The notes under the pieces: generated by a model
What the model saw: the letters and a program-made list of their open reading frames with translations, nothing else
Databases searched by the model: none
Told to the model about the DNA's origin: nothing
IMG/VR virus record: IMGVR_UViG_3300034158_000023
Span: 124,001-188,000 of that record
DNA length: 64,000 nucleotides
Reading direction: 5' to 3' (one strand)
Program-made: the position numbers and the translations under genes
In this document: positions 36,871 through 46,370 of the stretch, piece after piece
Layout of the letters: each line of letters begins with the position of its first letter
Position numbering within the stretch: the stretch's first letter is position 1

Positions 36871-38274
36871 ATGTTCGATTATGCTGAATACGATAAAGCG
36901 CAAAAAGCCTTAACCGTTTTACGCGATATCCAAGAGAACGTTAAAGTAAACGGTGTGTCTAGAGCCGATATCACATATGCTCTAGAAGCCGCCGAGATTT
37001 TCAAACTCCCTAATCGGTACCCAGTTAACTCATTCACTGCTGAAGCTAGTAGCACTAATTTAGACGTGGCTCTAGAAAGTCTATCTGAAGGTCAACGCCT
37101 AGGTTACTCTATTTTAACTGGTGTGATCGTAGGTCTCTTAGCTAAGATCATTTCTTATTTTTTCACTGGTGGTAGTAGCGGTGGTTCTGGTAGTTCGGCT
37201 CCGTACATTGCAAAGCAGAACCACACTCTGGAACAATTCGCAAATCTTAAAAAGATTGCTGTGTTGGAAAGAGAGAGAGCTGACGAGATAGCATCTATGG
37301 GTGTTAGACGTAAAGCTATGCGTAAAGTGCTAGGAGATGTAGAGATCTCTGAGTACATGTTGCAACATCCCTATACACGGATTGCATTTGAAACCTTGTG
37401 TTCTCATAACGCTAAGTTTAGAAAATGTACTTCGTTTTTAGGTGAGCTCCAGAAACGTGAAAACCTTCGAAGCATTTATGTCTTCATTATGCAAGAGCTA
37501 AATGATTCTTTGTTAGAGATGATCGAAACTGCTGATGCCATTAAAGAGTGGGTGTACGCTCGTCGTCGTGGTGGCAACAGAGAAAAAGTAATCGAGCCAC
37601 GTTTGCAGATCCCTGGCCCAATGTTAGATCGCTTTATTGCACGTGGTACTAAATCAGTCCATGGCTGGTTAGCAGCTAACAATATCGTTGGCCCTGGCAT
37701 GATGATTGATGTTACGCCACCAGATGAGTACAAAGGGGTACCTATCCCAACGGAAGATATCCCGTTGTTCTTACTGATCGAAACATTTAAGTTTATGAAT
37801 CAGATGAGCAGTGATCCTACAGGCATCAAGTTTGCGGAACCTACTGACTATCTAGATCGTTTAATCACAGCAAAAGAAAAACTGTTGCTGCGGGTTACTA
37901 GTTCTACGGTGTTAGAAGAATGGGAACCTTTACCTAATGCTACGCCTAAAGACTACGATCCAATGGACAGAGCTACTTTACTTAACAAACGTGTAAGTAA
38001 AGCGTACGATAAGACTGAGTGGAATACTCTTTTCTCTAAGCCTAAACCTGATGGTAAGGATGGCGATGAAGAGAGCGATTGGTTTGTAGGGGAAAGTTGG
38101 AAGTTAGTGGATATCTATTTTGACGGAGTACAGAGTCTCTATAAAGAATCTGCAATTCTGTTGAAGATGGCTAACGATATTATTTCTGGTATGCATGACG
38201 CTTTGCGCATCGTGGACAAGTATCAGAAAGAACTCAAAACTGAAACTAAAGAAACTGAACCTGCTGCTGAGTAG
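36871..38274 (+). CDS. Putative internal head/ejection protein
   Basis: ALE|A and ALE|S motifs, then hydrophobic ILTGVIVGLLAKIISYFF and a Gly/Ser linker. Confidence 0.65.
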   Translation: MFDYAEYDKAQKALTVLRDIQENVKVNGVSRADITYALEAAEIFKLPNRYPVNSFTAEASSTNLDVALESLSEGQRLGYSILTGVIVGLLAKIISYFFTGGSSGGSGSSAPYIAKQNHTLEQFANLKKIAVLERERADEIASMGVRRKAMRKVLGDVEISEYMLQHPYTRIAFETLCSHNAKFRKCTSFLGELQKRENLRSIYVFIMQELNDSLLEMIETADAIKEWVYARRRGGNREKVIEPRLQIPGPMLDRFIARGTKSVHGWLAANNIVGPGMMIDVTPPDEYKGVPIPTEDIPLFLLIETFKFMNQMSSDPTGIKFAEPTDYLDRLITAKEKLLLRVTSSTVLEEWEPLPNATPKDYDPMDRATLLNKRVSKAYDKTEWNTLFSKPKPDGKDGDEESDWFVGESWKLVDIYFDGVQSLYKESAILLKMANDIISGMHDALRIVDKYQKELKTETKETEPAAE

Positions 38275-38284
38275 ACAACATAGA

Positions 38285-38315
38285 AGAGGAGCTCCTAGGA
38301 GCTCCTCTATGCCGT
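38285..38315. terminator. Perfect 24-bp palindrome between convergent genes, followed by ATGCCG
   Basis: AGAGGAGCTCCTAGGAGCTCCTCT. Same 20-bp core as 821-840. Confidence 0.75.
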
Positions 38316-41213
38316 TTATTCCTTGTGGGCTATGAAGTCTACCAAGATAGCTTCTTCTATGCCTAGGGATGCGTTTGACAGCACCTTAAGGTTACGTCTA
38401 ACACTACAGCGAGTAGCTTCATCCACAGCAGTGAATGTAGAGATATCTCTATCTGGGCCCATAGGATCCATTTCAATACTCAACACGTCACCCTTGATAG
38501 CCACTTTAAGCATATCTGTAATACCAGCAATACTTACCGTAGCTTCTTTCAAAGCTTCGTTAATAACTCGCTTAGTAGTTTTAGTTATGCTTTCACGCAA
38601 TAGTAGATTACCGTAGTTAAGTCTAGTCATGTAGTAAGTAACCACAAAACTTAATCTAGCAGGAATCTCCACAACCACGTTACTACCTACAATTACTTTG
38701 TTCTGTCCTAAAGACTTCTTAGGATAGTAGTAAAGTTCAGTCTTAGCATGGAGTTGTGGTTTAATCGAGTTTAACTTACCAGATAAGAACTCTAATACAG
38801 TATCAGCAATAGTGTTTCTGTAAGCCACATCAGTTACACTGTTACTAAAGTAATAAGCTCCATCTACTAAAAACAAATCTATTTGACGATCTGTTTTCCT
38901 AGGTTTAACTACGATAGGTAAACCACTTTCATCATAAACCACGTCAGAGGCTTTAGCTTTGTAAACTACCTGCCCGTCGTCGTCTAATAAAGGATCACCC
39001 TTATGGATTAGCACGTTGTACTTAGCTTCTCCGTTCTCTATCCAGATTTTAGGTAACCCAGTTATTGGATCAGTTTCTAAAATGGTGTCTGGGTAAGTGT
39101 AAGGTACATCCACCCCGTATGTGGCATACTGCACGCTACTATCAACGGTTCTGCCATTACTCCACAAGTTAGTAAGAGCCTCACCAAACTTCAGCTCCAC
39201 AGACTCCTGTACAATCCCCACAACTTCATCAGGCAACAAGTGTCTACCTAATCGTAAGTCGATGTCACTCTTACTTAAGCCGTAGATAGAGTAATCAGAA
39301 ACCCCATAGATCAAACTGAACTTCTCAGTTAACCCACAACCGAAGTTACGTACTTGGTCAGAGAACATACTGAAGTTATTCAACATTATTAAATCTCTAC
39401 TATCGATATCTAAAGTAGTTTTAATAGTGAATTCCCAAATAGCGTTACCTTCCTCAGTAACTGCTTTAAGTACCCCATTTAAAAACGCTGGGTTGTTTTC
39501 TTTATCTGGAATGAAACTTAATTGACAGAACAGTTTCTCCATAGGCAAGTCTTGGTAGTTATCACCAGACAGAACCTCGATCGTCAATACCCAGTTGTCG
39601 CCTTTTCTAACAAACGAAAGTTTATTAGTGGCTACGTTAAGTTGAGTAGTGTCGTTCTCTAAGATAAACTGTCTGCTAGTTACGTTAGCATTACCTAAGT
39701 AATAAGCACGGCAATCGAAAGAGTTACCAGTTGCATCCAGTACATAGTGGAATGGCGAATACATAAACTCAGTAGAGTTCACAGCAGTAGCCAAAGCATC
39801 ATTAGACAACCCTAGATAGAAAGGGTGTTCCAAGTTTGACACCACAGTTACAATACCGTTCTCACTTTTATAGAGAGTATCGGGAGTTACAGTTAAACGT
39901 AATCCGTTGTCTCTAGTGTTAGATGAGGTAGCCAGATCATCCATGTTGGTTTGTAACGTACCAATCATACAAGCTGCCCCTGAAGTAAACTCAGAGTTAG
40001 CAACCGCAGGTAGATGTCGAGTAGCTTGATAAACACGACGCATCAAGTTGTCGATACTAAGAATGATAGTAAACCCATCAATTTCAAAGTTAGTACGTAG
40101 CTGCGCTTCAGTGATTGGGTTAGTAGTGCGGTTAGCATTCTCAATAGAACGTTTACGCGCTTCCTCAAAGGTTAGTCCACTACGACCACCGTTAACCTTA
40201 CCGTCACCAGCAATACCCATCACACTCCAAGATTCCAAAGGAGTATAATAAATAGAATCAGTGATGTCAGTAAACCCTTTACCATACTCTAGCGAGAACG
40301 CATTAGATACGTACTCACCCATATCTAAATTAACTGGGCCTTTAGAGGTGTAGATAATGATCTTAATCTGAGGAGGCAACTTACCTTCACTGAAATAGAT
40401 TCTAGGGATAGTTACCCGTAAAGAATTACCAGAGTAACGTAATAAAGCAGTATTGACCCGCTTGTCGTAAATTAACTCACTGTGAGTAGTTACGAACGGT
40501 GTCTCTACTCCAGATGCACTAATACCAATCACTTCACAGTGGTAGAAGTTATCAGAAAGAGCATACGCTTTATTAAAACCTACAGATGGGTTTAGAGTAT
40601 CGAAAAACTCTTTTCTATCTAACTGCACTAGCTGGATTGGTAAGTTGATCATCTCAACTTCACTTAACACACCTTGTTTCCATTCCACGATGTTTGTTTC
40701 TAGTGGACGGATTACGCTTTGTACAGTACTGTCGTAAACTACTTGAATGCCACCGTGAGACATTACCCGGATCTCAATTGGGTAGAGAGTCATAAACGGG
40801 ATACCAGTTACGGTAATTTTAGTGTACTTAGGAATAATTAATTTACGTACTCCAGTATCACCTACCTTAACTGCTTTAGCGTAGATCTCATCCTTACTAA
40901 AGTAAACGTTAAAGTTACCGACAGCATAAGTGCAGAACAGGTTAAGGTAATCCACATCAGCCATATGGCGATACAGATCTTCCCATGACTCTACAGTAGA
41001 CTTCTCTACCTTAGTCAATGCAGTCTCCATGCGAATCAAAGCAGCAGCCGCTAATTCACTACCCATCTCTAACGTAAACACAAATGGGTTAGTAGCATCA
41101 ACTAAGTCAGTAGCTCCTGCCATAATGGATTCTAAACGCTCAAACTGGTAACGCTGAAATGTTGCTGGGGAATAACCAGTCTTTAGTAGCGTATCAATAA
41201 TTCCAGTCATCAT
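38316..41213 (-). CDS. Large baseplate wedge protein (phiKZ gp87-like; T4 gp6-like)
   Basis: 965 aa. IIPKYTKIT and GGRSGLTFEEAR...AN...ITEAQL resemble baseplate-J/gp6 GG.d.Es.e..R...a....vT..D. Synteny supports this. Confidence 0.7.
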   Translation of the reverse strand: MMTGIIDTLLKTGYSPATFQRYQFERLESIMAGATDLVDATNPFVFTLEMGSELAAAALIRMETALTKVEKSTVESWEDLYRHMADVDYLNLFCTYAVGNFNVYFSKDEIYAKAVKVGDTGVRKLIIPKYTKITVTGIPFMTLYPIEIRVMSHGGIQVVYDSTVQSVIRPLETNIVEWKQGVLSEVEMINLPIQLVQLDRKEFFDTLNPSVGFNKAYALSDNFYHCEVIGISASGVETPFVTTHSELIYDKRVNTALLRYSGNSLRVTIPRIYFSEGKLPPQIKIIIYTSKGPVNLDMGEYVSNAFSLEYGKGFTDITDSIYYTPLESWSVMGIAGDGKVNGGRSGLTFEEARKRSIENANRTTNPITEAQLRTNFEIDGFTIILSIDNLMRRVYQATRHLPAVANSEFTSGAACMIGTLQTNMDDLATSSNTRDNGLRLTVTPDTLYKSENGIVTVVSNLEHPFYLGLSNDALATAVNSTEFMYSPFHYVLDATGNSFDCRAYYLGNANVTSRQFILENDTTQLNVATNKLSFVRKGDNWVLTIEVLSGDNYQDLPMEKLFCQLSFIPDKENNPAFLNGVLKAVTEEGNAIWEFTIKTTLDIDSRDLIMLNNFSMFSDQVRNFGCGLTEKFSLIYGVSDYSIYGLSKSDIDLRLGRHLLPDEVVGIVQESVELKFGEALTNLWSNGRTVDSSVQYATYGVDVPYTYPDTILETDPITGLPKIWIENGEAKYNVLIHKGDPLLDDDGQVVYKAKASDVVYDESGLPIVVKPRKTDRQIDLFLVDGAYYFSNSVTDVAYRNTIADTVLEFLSGKLNSIKPQLHAKTELYYYPKKSLGQNKVIVGSNVVVEIPARLSFVVTYYMTRLNYGNLLLRESITKTTKRVINEALKEATVSIAGITDMLKVAIKGDVLSIEMDPMGPDRDISTFTAVDEATRCSVRRNLKVLSNASLGIEEAILVDFIAHKE

Positions 41214-42300
41214 TACCTCCTAACAATTTTAGATAGTTCTCAATAGAACAATACCAGAAAAGTTCCCCAGTATCTTCATGGATTAATGGAGTGCCTAAAT
41301 AGTTAGCACCTTTTAATAAGTTTCTAGGTATTTTAACCCATGTTTCACTTTGCTCACCTACAGTAGTCAGACTGCCATTGGAGTTCATATCTACGATTAG
41401 TAAGGCTGGGTTGAATCTAGCCACCAAACGGTTGAACTCTCTGAAGTTGATTGGATCATTGTACTCAGCTACGTTACATTTAAAAGTAACTGGTAATTGT
41501 TCCTGTGATCTTTGCATGGTGTCACCACCAGTAAAGTTAAACAAAGAACCGATTGGGAACGTCGTAGGGAATCCACCCATACCAGTTACAGCTGAGTGTT
41601 GAATGTACTGACGACCTGGATCTAAAATAAAATGGTAGATACGGGTTTTAGAATCAATGGCGATATTAATCTGATTGATTAGATATGGTTCCATGTTTTC
41701 AAACCGTACCCCGTACATGTAGTACAACCACGTTAAGATAAGTAAAGCTATCGGACTACCTTGAGTGTTTCTAAACGACGCGGTTAAATCAAACTCACCG
41801 TTGTGTTTAGCAATACCAGTCAACATACTCCAAGACTCACGCATCACCCCTTCCTTACTACTGTAAGTTTCTGGGTTGATATCAGGCCATCCAGATAAGC
41901 TCACTAAGTTGTTAGTCAACACAGCCATGAATGGATTGAGTTCATCTATCAATGGAGATGTTATGCCCCTATCGTTAGACATTGGATCTAATAATGTGCG
42001 AATGGCTCTCTGAATAGTAGGTGGTTCATCTTGCTGCGTAGCTAATGGCATTAGTACCCGTTGCTTCGCAAGGTTATCGTATGACAAATTTAAATCCGGT
42101 CTGGTAAAGAAGATAATACCAGTGTTATCTTGTGTTGATGCCACTGGGTTACCGAGCCCACGATGGTTGATGCCCCGCATCATGTTCAGATATGCATCAT
42201 TAAGCTGCCCTATACCACTCTTACGTGATATCAGGTCAAGGAGTTCTTCCATATTTTGAAAATAGGGAGACTCAGCAGATGACGTACTTTTTTCGGCCAT
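41194..42300 (-). CDS. Baseplate/tail-tube-fold structural protein (phiKZ gp88-like)
   Basis: 368 aa. FFTRPDLN, SLSGWPD and FDLTASFRN...W..YM pattern of tube-like folds. Synteny. Confidence 0.6.
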   Translation of the reverse strand: MAEKSTSSAESPYFQNMEELLDLISRKSGIGQLNDAYLNMMRGINHRGLGNPVASTQDNTGIIFFTRPDLNLSYDNLAKQRVLMPLATQQDEPPTIQRAIRTLLDPMSNDRGITSPLIDELNPFMAVLTNNLVSLSGWPDINPETYSSKEGVMRESWSMLTGIAKHNGEFDLTASFRNTQGSPIALLILTWLYYMYGVRFENMEPYLINQINIAIDSKTRIYHFILDPGRQYIQHSAVTGMGGFPTTFPIGSLFNFTGGDTMQRSQEQLPVTFKCNVAEYNDPINFREFNRLVARFNPALLIVDMNSNGSLTTVGEQSETWVKIPRNLLKGANYLGTPLIHEDTGELFWYCSIENYLKLLGGNDDWNY

Positions 42301-42327
42301 TTTTAACTCCTACTAAAGGAAAATAAC

Positions 42328-43434
42328 ATGTTTGAAGATAAAATTGTAGATAGTGTTACAAAGTTTGCGGGCAACATCCCGGATCTCTTTAAAGGAGTGA
42401 CAAGTGACTCGTACGTAGACTACACTAAGAACCTACGCATCGAACCAATCGTTCTCGTAGACACCACCATTCAGAACCAAGAAGTAGCTTCTAATTTATT
42501 GTCAGTGCTAACTAACGTGTTCTCTGGTTATGTGCTACAAGCGTTTACTGTTAGCGCCACTATCGGTAATATTCAAGTTGCTCGGCATTTAGACAAACTG
42601 AATCCTAATCGTAGTATTGGCGATTCATTGGTTGGCACTTTTGCTGATGCGGTTAGTACAGAATCGCATATGTTCCGTCTGCCAAACTACAAACAACCAA
42701 ATAAAGCATATCATCATGGCTTAGAAGCTTCTTATGCCGATGATAAAGCTAACGTCACAAAACATGTGACAAAAGATGCAATCGGTATGTTGAATGACAT
42801 CCCTTCATTAGCTGTTGGTAAGATGTTAGAGGTTACCTTAGTTAAAGATGGTGAGTCTATCAACTTCCCAATTTCGATTCGTTTAGCTCCTGTTGGTGTA
42901 AGTCCTAGTATCTTCCGTACTGTGTTTGGTATCGGCGGTAATAAGAACAAACCAATGGAACGCTGGCACAGATGGCGTAGCGGTGAGTTAACTTTCATTG
43001 GCGATATGATTTGGTGTAATGATTTAATCGACCAACATCGTGAAGCGTTACGTCAAGATCGTTCTGGCTTCTATAAGCAAGTTTTAGATAGCCGACGTAA
43101 AAACCGTATTTCTGCGATCTTCTCTGGTCAACCTAGCGTAGCTTCAGCTTCCAACGTAGCATGTATCACATCTGCTACTGCTTTGGAAATCGAACAAGAG
43201 TTAGGCGGTCCGTTAAAGTCTCCTAAAGTGCGTGAAGGTTTGTTCAAAGTCGGTTCTCTCATGCTGCTAGCTGTGTTAGACCCTGAGTGGGAAACCGCAA
43301 CTATTTATCACCGCGGGATACCTTTACCTACAGAAGTGTCTTTCCGTGACTTAAAGCCACTGTCCAAAGGTAGTGGTCCAGACATCGCTGAGATTTTAAA
43401 AGCGTACACTGCGGCTAAAGCCCCAACATTCTAA
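42328..43434 (+). CDS. Virion head protein (phiKZ gp89-like)
   Basis: 368 aa with STE|S and GLE|A protease-type motifs. Synteny. Confidence 0.6.
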   Translation: MFEDKIVDSVTKFAGNIPDLFKGVTSDSYVDYTKNLRIEPIVLVDTTIQNQEVASNLLSVLTNVFSGYVLQAFTVSATIGNIQVARHLDKLNPNRSIGDSLVGTFADAVSTESHMFRLPNYKQPNKAYHHGLEASYADDKANVTKHVTKDAIGMLNDIPSLAVGKMLEVTLVKDGESINFPISIRLAPVGVSPSIFRTVFGIGGNKNKPMERWHRWRSGELTFIGDMIWCNDLIDQHREALRQDRSGFYKQVLDSRRKNRISAIFSGQPSVASASNVACITSATALEIEQELGGPLKSPKVREGLFKVGSLMLLAVLDPEWETATIYHRGIPLPTEVSFRDLKPLSKGSGPDIAEILKAYTAAKAPTF

Positions 43435-43444
43435 GAGGTTACTC

Positions 43445-44344
43445 ATGGGTATTGAAACATTCGTAAAAAGTCTTCTGCCTAGTATTGATAAAAGTACTAT
43501 TCTAGAAGACGCAGCGACCACAGTAGAAGAACTTAAGGAGTGTACTCTGCCTCCGTACATTGCTACGATTGATGCTAAGTTGTTCACTGGAGATTATCGT
43601 TTCCAGTCTGATTGGATGTTCCGTCGCAACCGTGATTTCAAGTCACGCTTCCGTGGTACTAACGGTAGTTTGATTGAAGTGATTGCTCTGACACTAGGTA
43701 CCGTTTTAAAGCGCACTGAGTTCATCCAGGACGCTTTAGAGAAAGACTTAGTACATGACCTAGCCCGCGATGGCATTAGTTACCCTAAGGCCACTCTGGT
43801 GCAGTTATTGGAACTTGCTTCATTCTACTCTCGTTATGCACGTCGTTTTCTTTTGATGTGTTATGCTTGTGAGATCCCTGAGTTTAACAAAGAGATATCT
43901 AAAGAGAGACCTTTCTCTAAGATTGAAGTTAAACAAATGGAAGAACAGTTCGGTGCTTTTATATCTGTAACTGAAATCTTCTCTCGCAACGAACGTGATT
44001 TTAATGCAGCCTTAACTAGCATTCCTGATATGTTAGTGGATTTAGCAGATGCTCAAGTTACTCATGCGGTAGCTGGCACTGGTAATCTGAATCCAATGGC
44101 GTTAGGCTTTATTAGCCATGTGTGGAACCCCATTTATCACATCCGTATGGCTGTGGCTAACTGGCAGAACACTCGTTGTTTAGCGGCTAAAGAAGAAGCG
44201 ACTGCTCTAGAGTATCGCTTAGCTCAAATGCGTTTAGCTTTAGAAGGCGAACAGAATGCCGCTTTAGAAAAGCGCATCGAATACACTGAGCGCCGTTTAA
44301 TGAACTTAAACGTGGAAATCGCTAAACTTGAAAAGGTGAAGTGA
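43445..44344 (+). CDS. Virion head protein (phiKZ gp90-like) with C-terminal coiled coil
   Basis: 299 aa with heptad-rich C-terminus. Synteny. Confidence 0.6.
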   Translation: MGIETFVKSLLPSIDKSTILEDAATTVEELKECTLPPYIATIDAKLFTGDYRFQSDWMFRRNRDFKSRFRGTNGSLIEVIALTLGTVLKRTEFIQDALEKDLVHDLARDGISYPKATLVQLLELASFYSRYARRFLLMCYACEIPEFNKEISKERPFSKIEVKQMEEQFGAFISVTEIFSRNERDFNAALTSIPDMLVDLADAQVTHAVAGTGNLNPMALGFISHVWNPIYHIRMAVANWQNTRCLAAKEEATALEYRLAQMRLALEGEQNAALEKRIEYTERRLMNLNVEIAKLEKVK

Positions 44345-44345
44345 T

Positions 44346-44855
44346 ATGAAACCGAGCAGTTATCAATCGTATCCAAGTTCTTTCCGTTCCCCAGTGTATT
44401 CCACTGAACGTATGACCATTACAGCTGACGAACAAATTAAACATTTGTATGCGCAGTATAAGTCACACTTAGTGTCAGTGGACACCTGGGAATTCCATGC
44501 TGAGTTGATTGCTAATGTCCGCCGTTTGTTCGGTGACTTCTTAGCATGGCTAGACGCACAAGACCATAATGTGTACATCTCTAAAACCGCTTATAATTTG
44601 ATAGTTGATACTATTCAATTTATAAAGGGTAAGCGGAGACCTATCGCATTACGTTCCGCTATGGGTCTAATCCAAATGGAAAGAGACTCTGGTGAGTTTC
44701 AAAACTTGAGCGCTGAACGTAGAAACACTAAACTTCGTGAGTTAGTTGACTTCGACGGACGTGACTTCATTTACCTATGGTTGAAGCAACCAAATGGGTT
44801 AGATGACATGTTATGTACAACGCATTTTATTTTTGGCAAAGAAGTGCAGCAATAG
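44346..44855 (+). CDS. Conserved protein in head operon (phiKZ gp91-like position)
   Basis: 169 aa, directly adjacent to the upstream gene. Confidence 0.55.
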   Translation: MKPSSYQSYPSSFRSPVYSTERMTITADEQIKHLYAQYKSHLVSVDTWEFHAELIANVRRLFGDFLAWLDAQDHNVYISKTAYNLIVDTIQFIKGKRRPIALRSAMGLIQMERDSGEFQNLSAERRNTKLRELVDFDGRDFIYLWLKQPNGLDDMLCTTHFIFGKEVQQ

Positions 44856-44877
44856 CACTTATTTTTAGGAGCTCTAT

Positions 44878-46284
44878 ATGAGACGTTTACCCCTCCGTGC
44901 AAAAGCAGGGTTAGAATCGGGCGACGGCGAGTTAGACTTGACATCTACAGACCCTGTAGACATGTCGGAGTTTGAATCTGAAGCTAGCGCTGTAGCCGAA
45001 CACACCCGTGAGGTAACTGATGCCAATGAAGCAGTGATGGGCTTAGAAGCCATTGCTATGGGCATTCAGTCTACTCTGAAAGGCCGTGGTTTAGATCGTA
45101 ATGCCGCTATGTTTGCTCACATCGCTACTGCTGCATATTGCGACCGTCTGCGTGTGAACAACCCATTGCCTTCTTTGGAAAACTTTGGTGCTACTACTTC
45201 ACAGCTCACGATGACTCGTGCTGGCCTAGAAGATGTTAAGCAAAAGATCAAAGATGCTTGGAAATGGATCATTGATCTGTTACAGTCCGGCATCCGTAAA
45301 GTAAATGAGTATTATCAGCGTGTTTGGGCTCAAGCTCCACGTTTGATTACTAAAGCGCAAGCTATCTCTAAACAGGTGTCTGAACTGAAAACAGGTAAGT
45401 CTAAAGATGGTAAAAACATCGACGTAGACAAATCTTCTTTCACTACTGTACACGTAGCCAAAGCCGTAGATGGTGCTGGCCTTGTAGGTGGCATGAAGCA
45501 GTTAGAAAGCATCAGTGGTGATATCTTTGTTGATTACGTCAAGAAAGTTACTGACTGGGGCGATCAAGTCGTAACCAGTACTACTGACATCGATTATGCT
45601 GATGACAACCGTTTCACTGAAACTGTCAATAAGCTGATGGAGCACAAGCTAGAAACTGATAAGTTAGTAGCTGCTGCAACTGTTGCTTCTCAAGCTGGTC
45701 CTAATGCAGGCGGTAAAGAAACTCCTGAAATTATGGGCGGCAAGAAAATCTTCGTTAAAATCGGTGCCGATGTATCTGCTGAGAAAGCTCCTGGTACTGA
45801 AGACGACCAAACTGGTACTGCTCCAGGCGCAGAAAAAACAGCTGGCGCTACTGTAGTCCTAGCCGATTGGCGTGGTTTCGTAAACCCATTATCTGATACA
45901 CGTGTGTATTTAGGTTCTGCTTATGAAACTGAACCAGAGCTAAGCGACAAATCAGTTGCAACCTTTGAAGCTCAACAAATTGGTAGTATCGCAGCTTCTG
46001 CTGAAGCATTGTGTACTATTATTATGAACTACAAAGCAGGTAATAAGCGCGCCAATGATTTACGTCAAAAGGCCATTACCGCAGCTAAGCGTGCTCAAAC
46101 TAACGCCGTCAAAGCTGACGACCTTAGCAAAGACAACGCGACAGTGGCTGGTCAGTTGAATAAAGTTGTTGCTGCTGTAAACACTTTGTTAACTCAGCCA
46201 AACCAAGAGTTCAGTGCGCACATGTTACGTGTCACTAACGTATGTCTGCAATTGTGTGAAAAGTCTTTAGCTAATTACAAATAA
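44878..46284 (+). CDS. Internal head (inner body/ejection) protein, phiKZ gp93-97 paralog family
   Basis: Acidic propeptide with GLE|S, GLE|A, SLE|N and GLE|D. WKWIIDLLQSGIRKVNEYYQRVW helix typical of the family. Confidence 0.7.
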   Translation: MRRLPLRAKAGLESGDGELDLTSTDPVDMSEFESEASAVAEHTREVTDANEAVMGLEAIAMGIQSTLKGRGLDRNAAMFAHIATAAYCDRLRVNNPLPSLENFGATTSQLTMTRAGLEDVKQKIKDAWKWIIDLLQSGIRKVNEYYQRVWAQAPRLITKAQAISKQVSELKTGKSKDGKNIDVDKSSFTTVHVAKAVDGAGLVGGMKQLESISGDIFVDYVKKVTDWGDQVVTSTTDIDYADDNRFTETVNKLMEHKLETDKLVAAATVASQAGPNAGGKETPEIMGGKKIFVKIGADVSAEKAPGTEDDQTGTAPGAEKTAGATVVLADWRGFVNPLSDTRVYLGSAYETEPELSDKSVATFEAQQIGSIAASAEALCTIIMNYKAGNKRANDLRQKAITAAKRAQTNAVKADDLSKDNATVAGQLNKVVAAVNTLLTQPNQEFSAHMLRVTNVCLQLCEKSLANYK

Positions 46285-46370
46285 GTAATAGTTTGAGTCT
46301 TGGCACGTTAAACCCTGTTATGAGGAACATTATCAGTTCCTCACTAATTCTTTTTTGAAGGATACAATGT

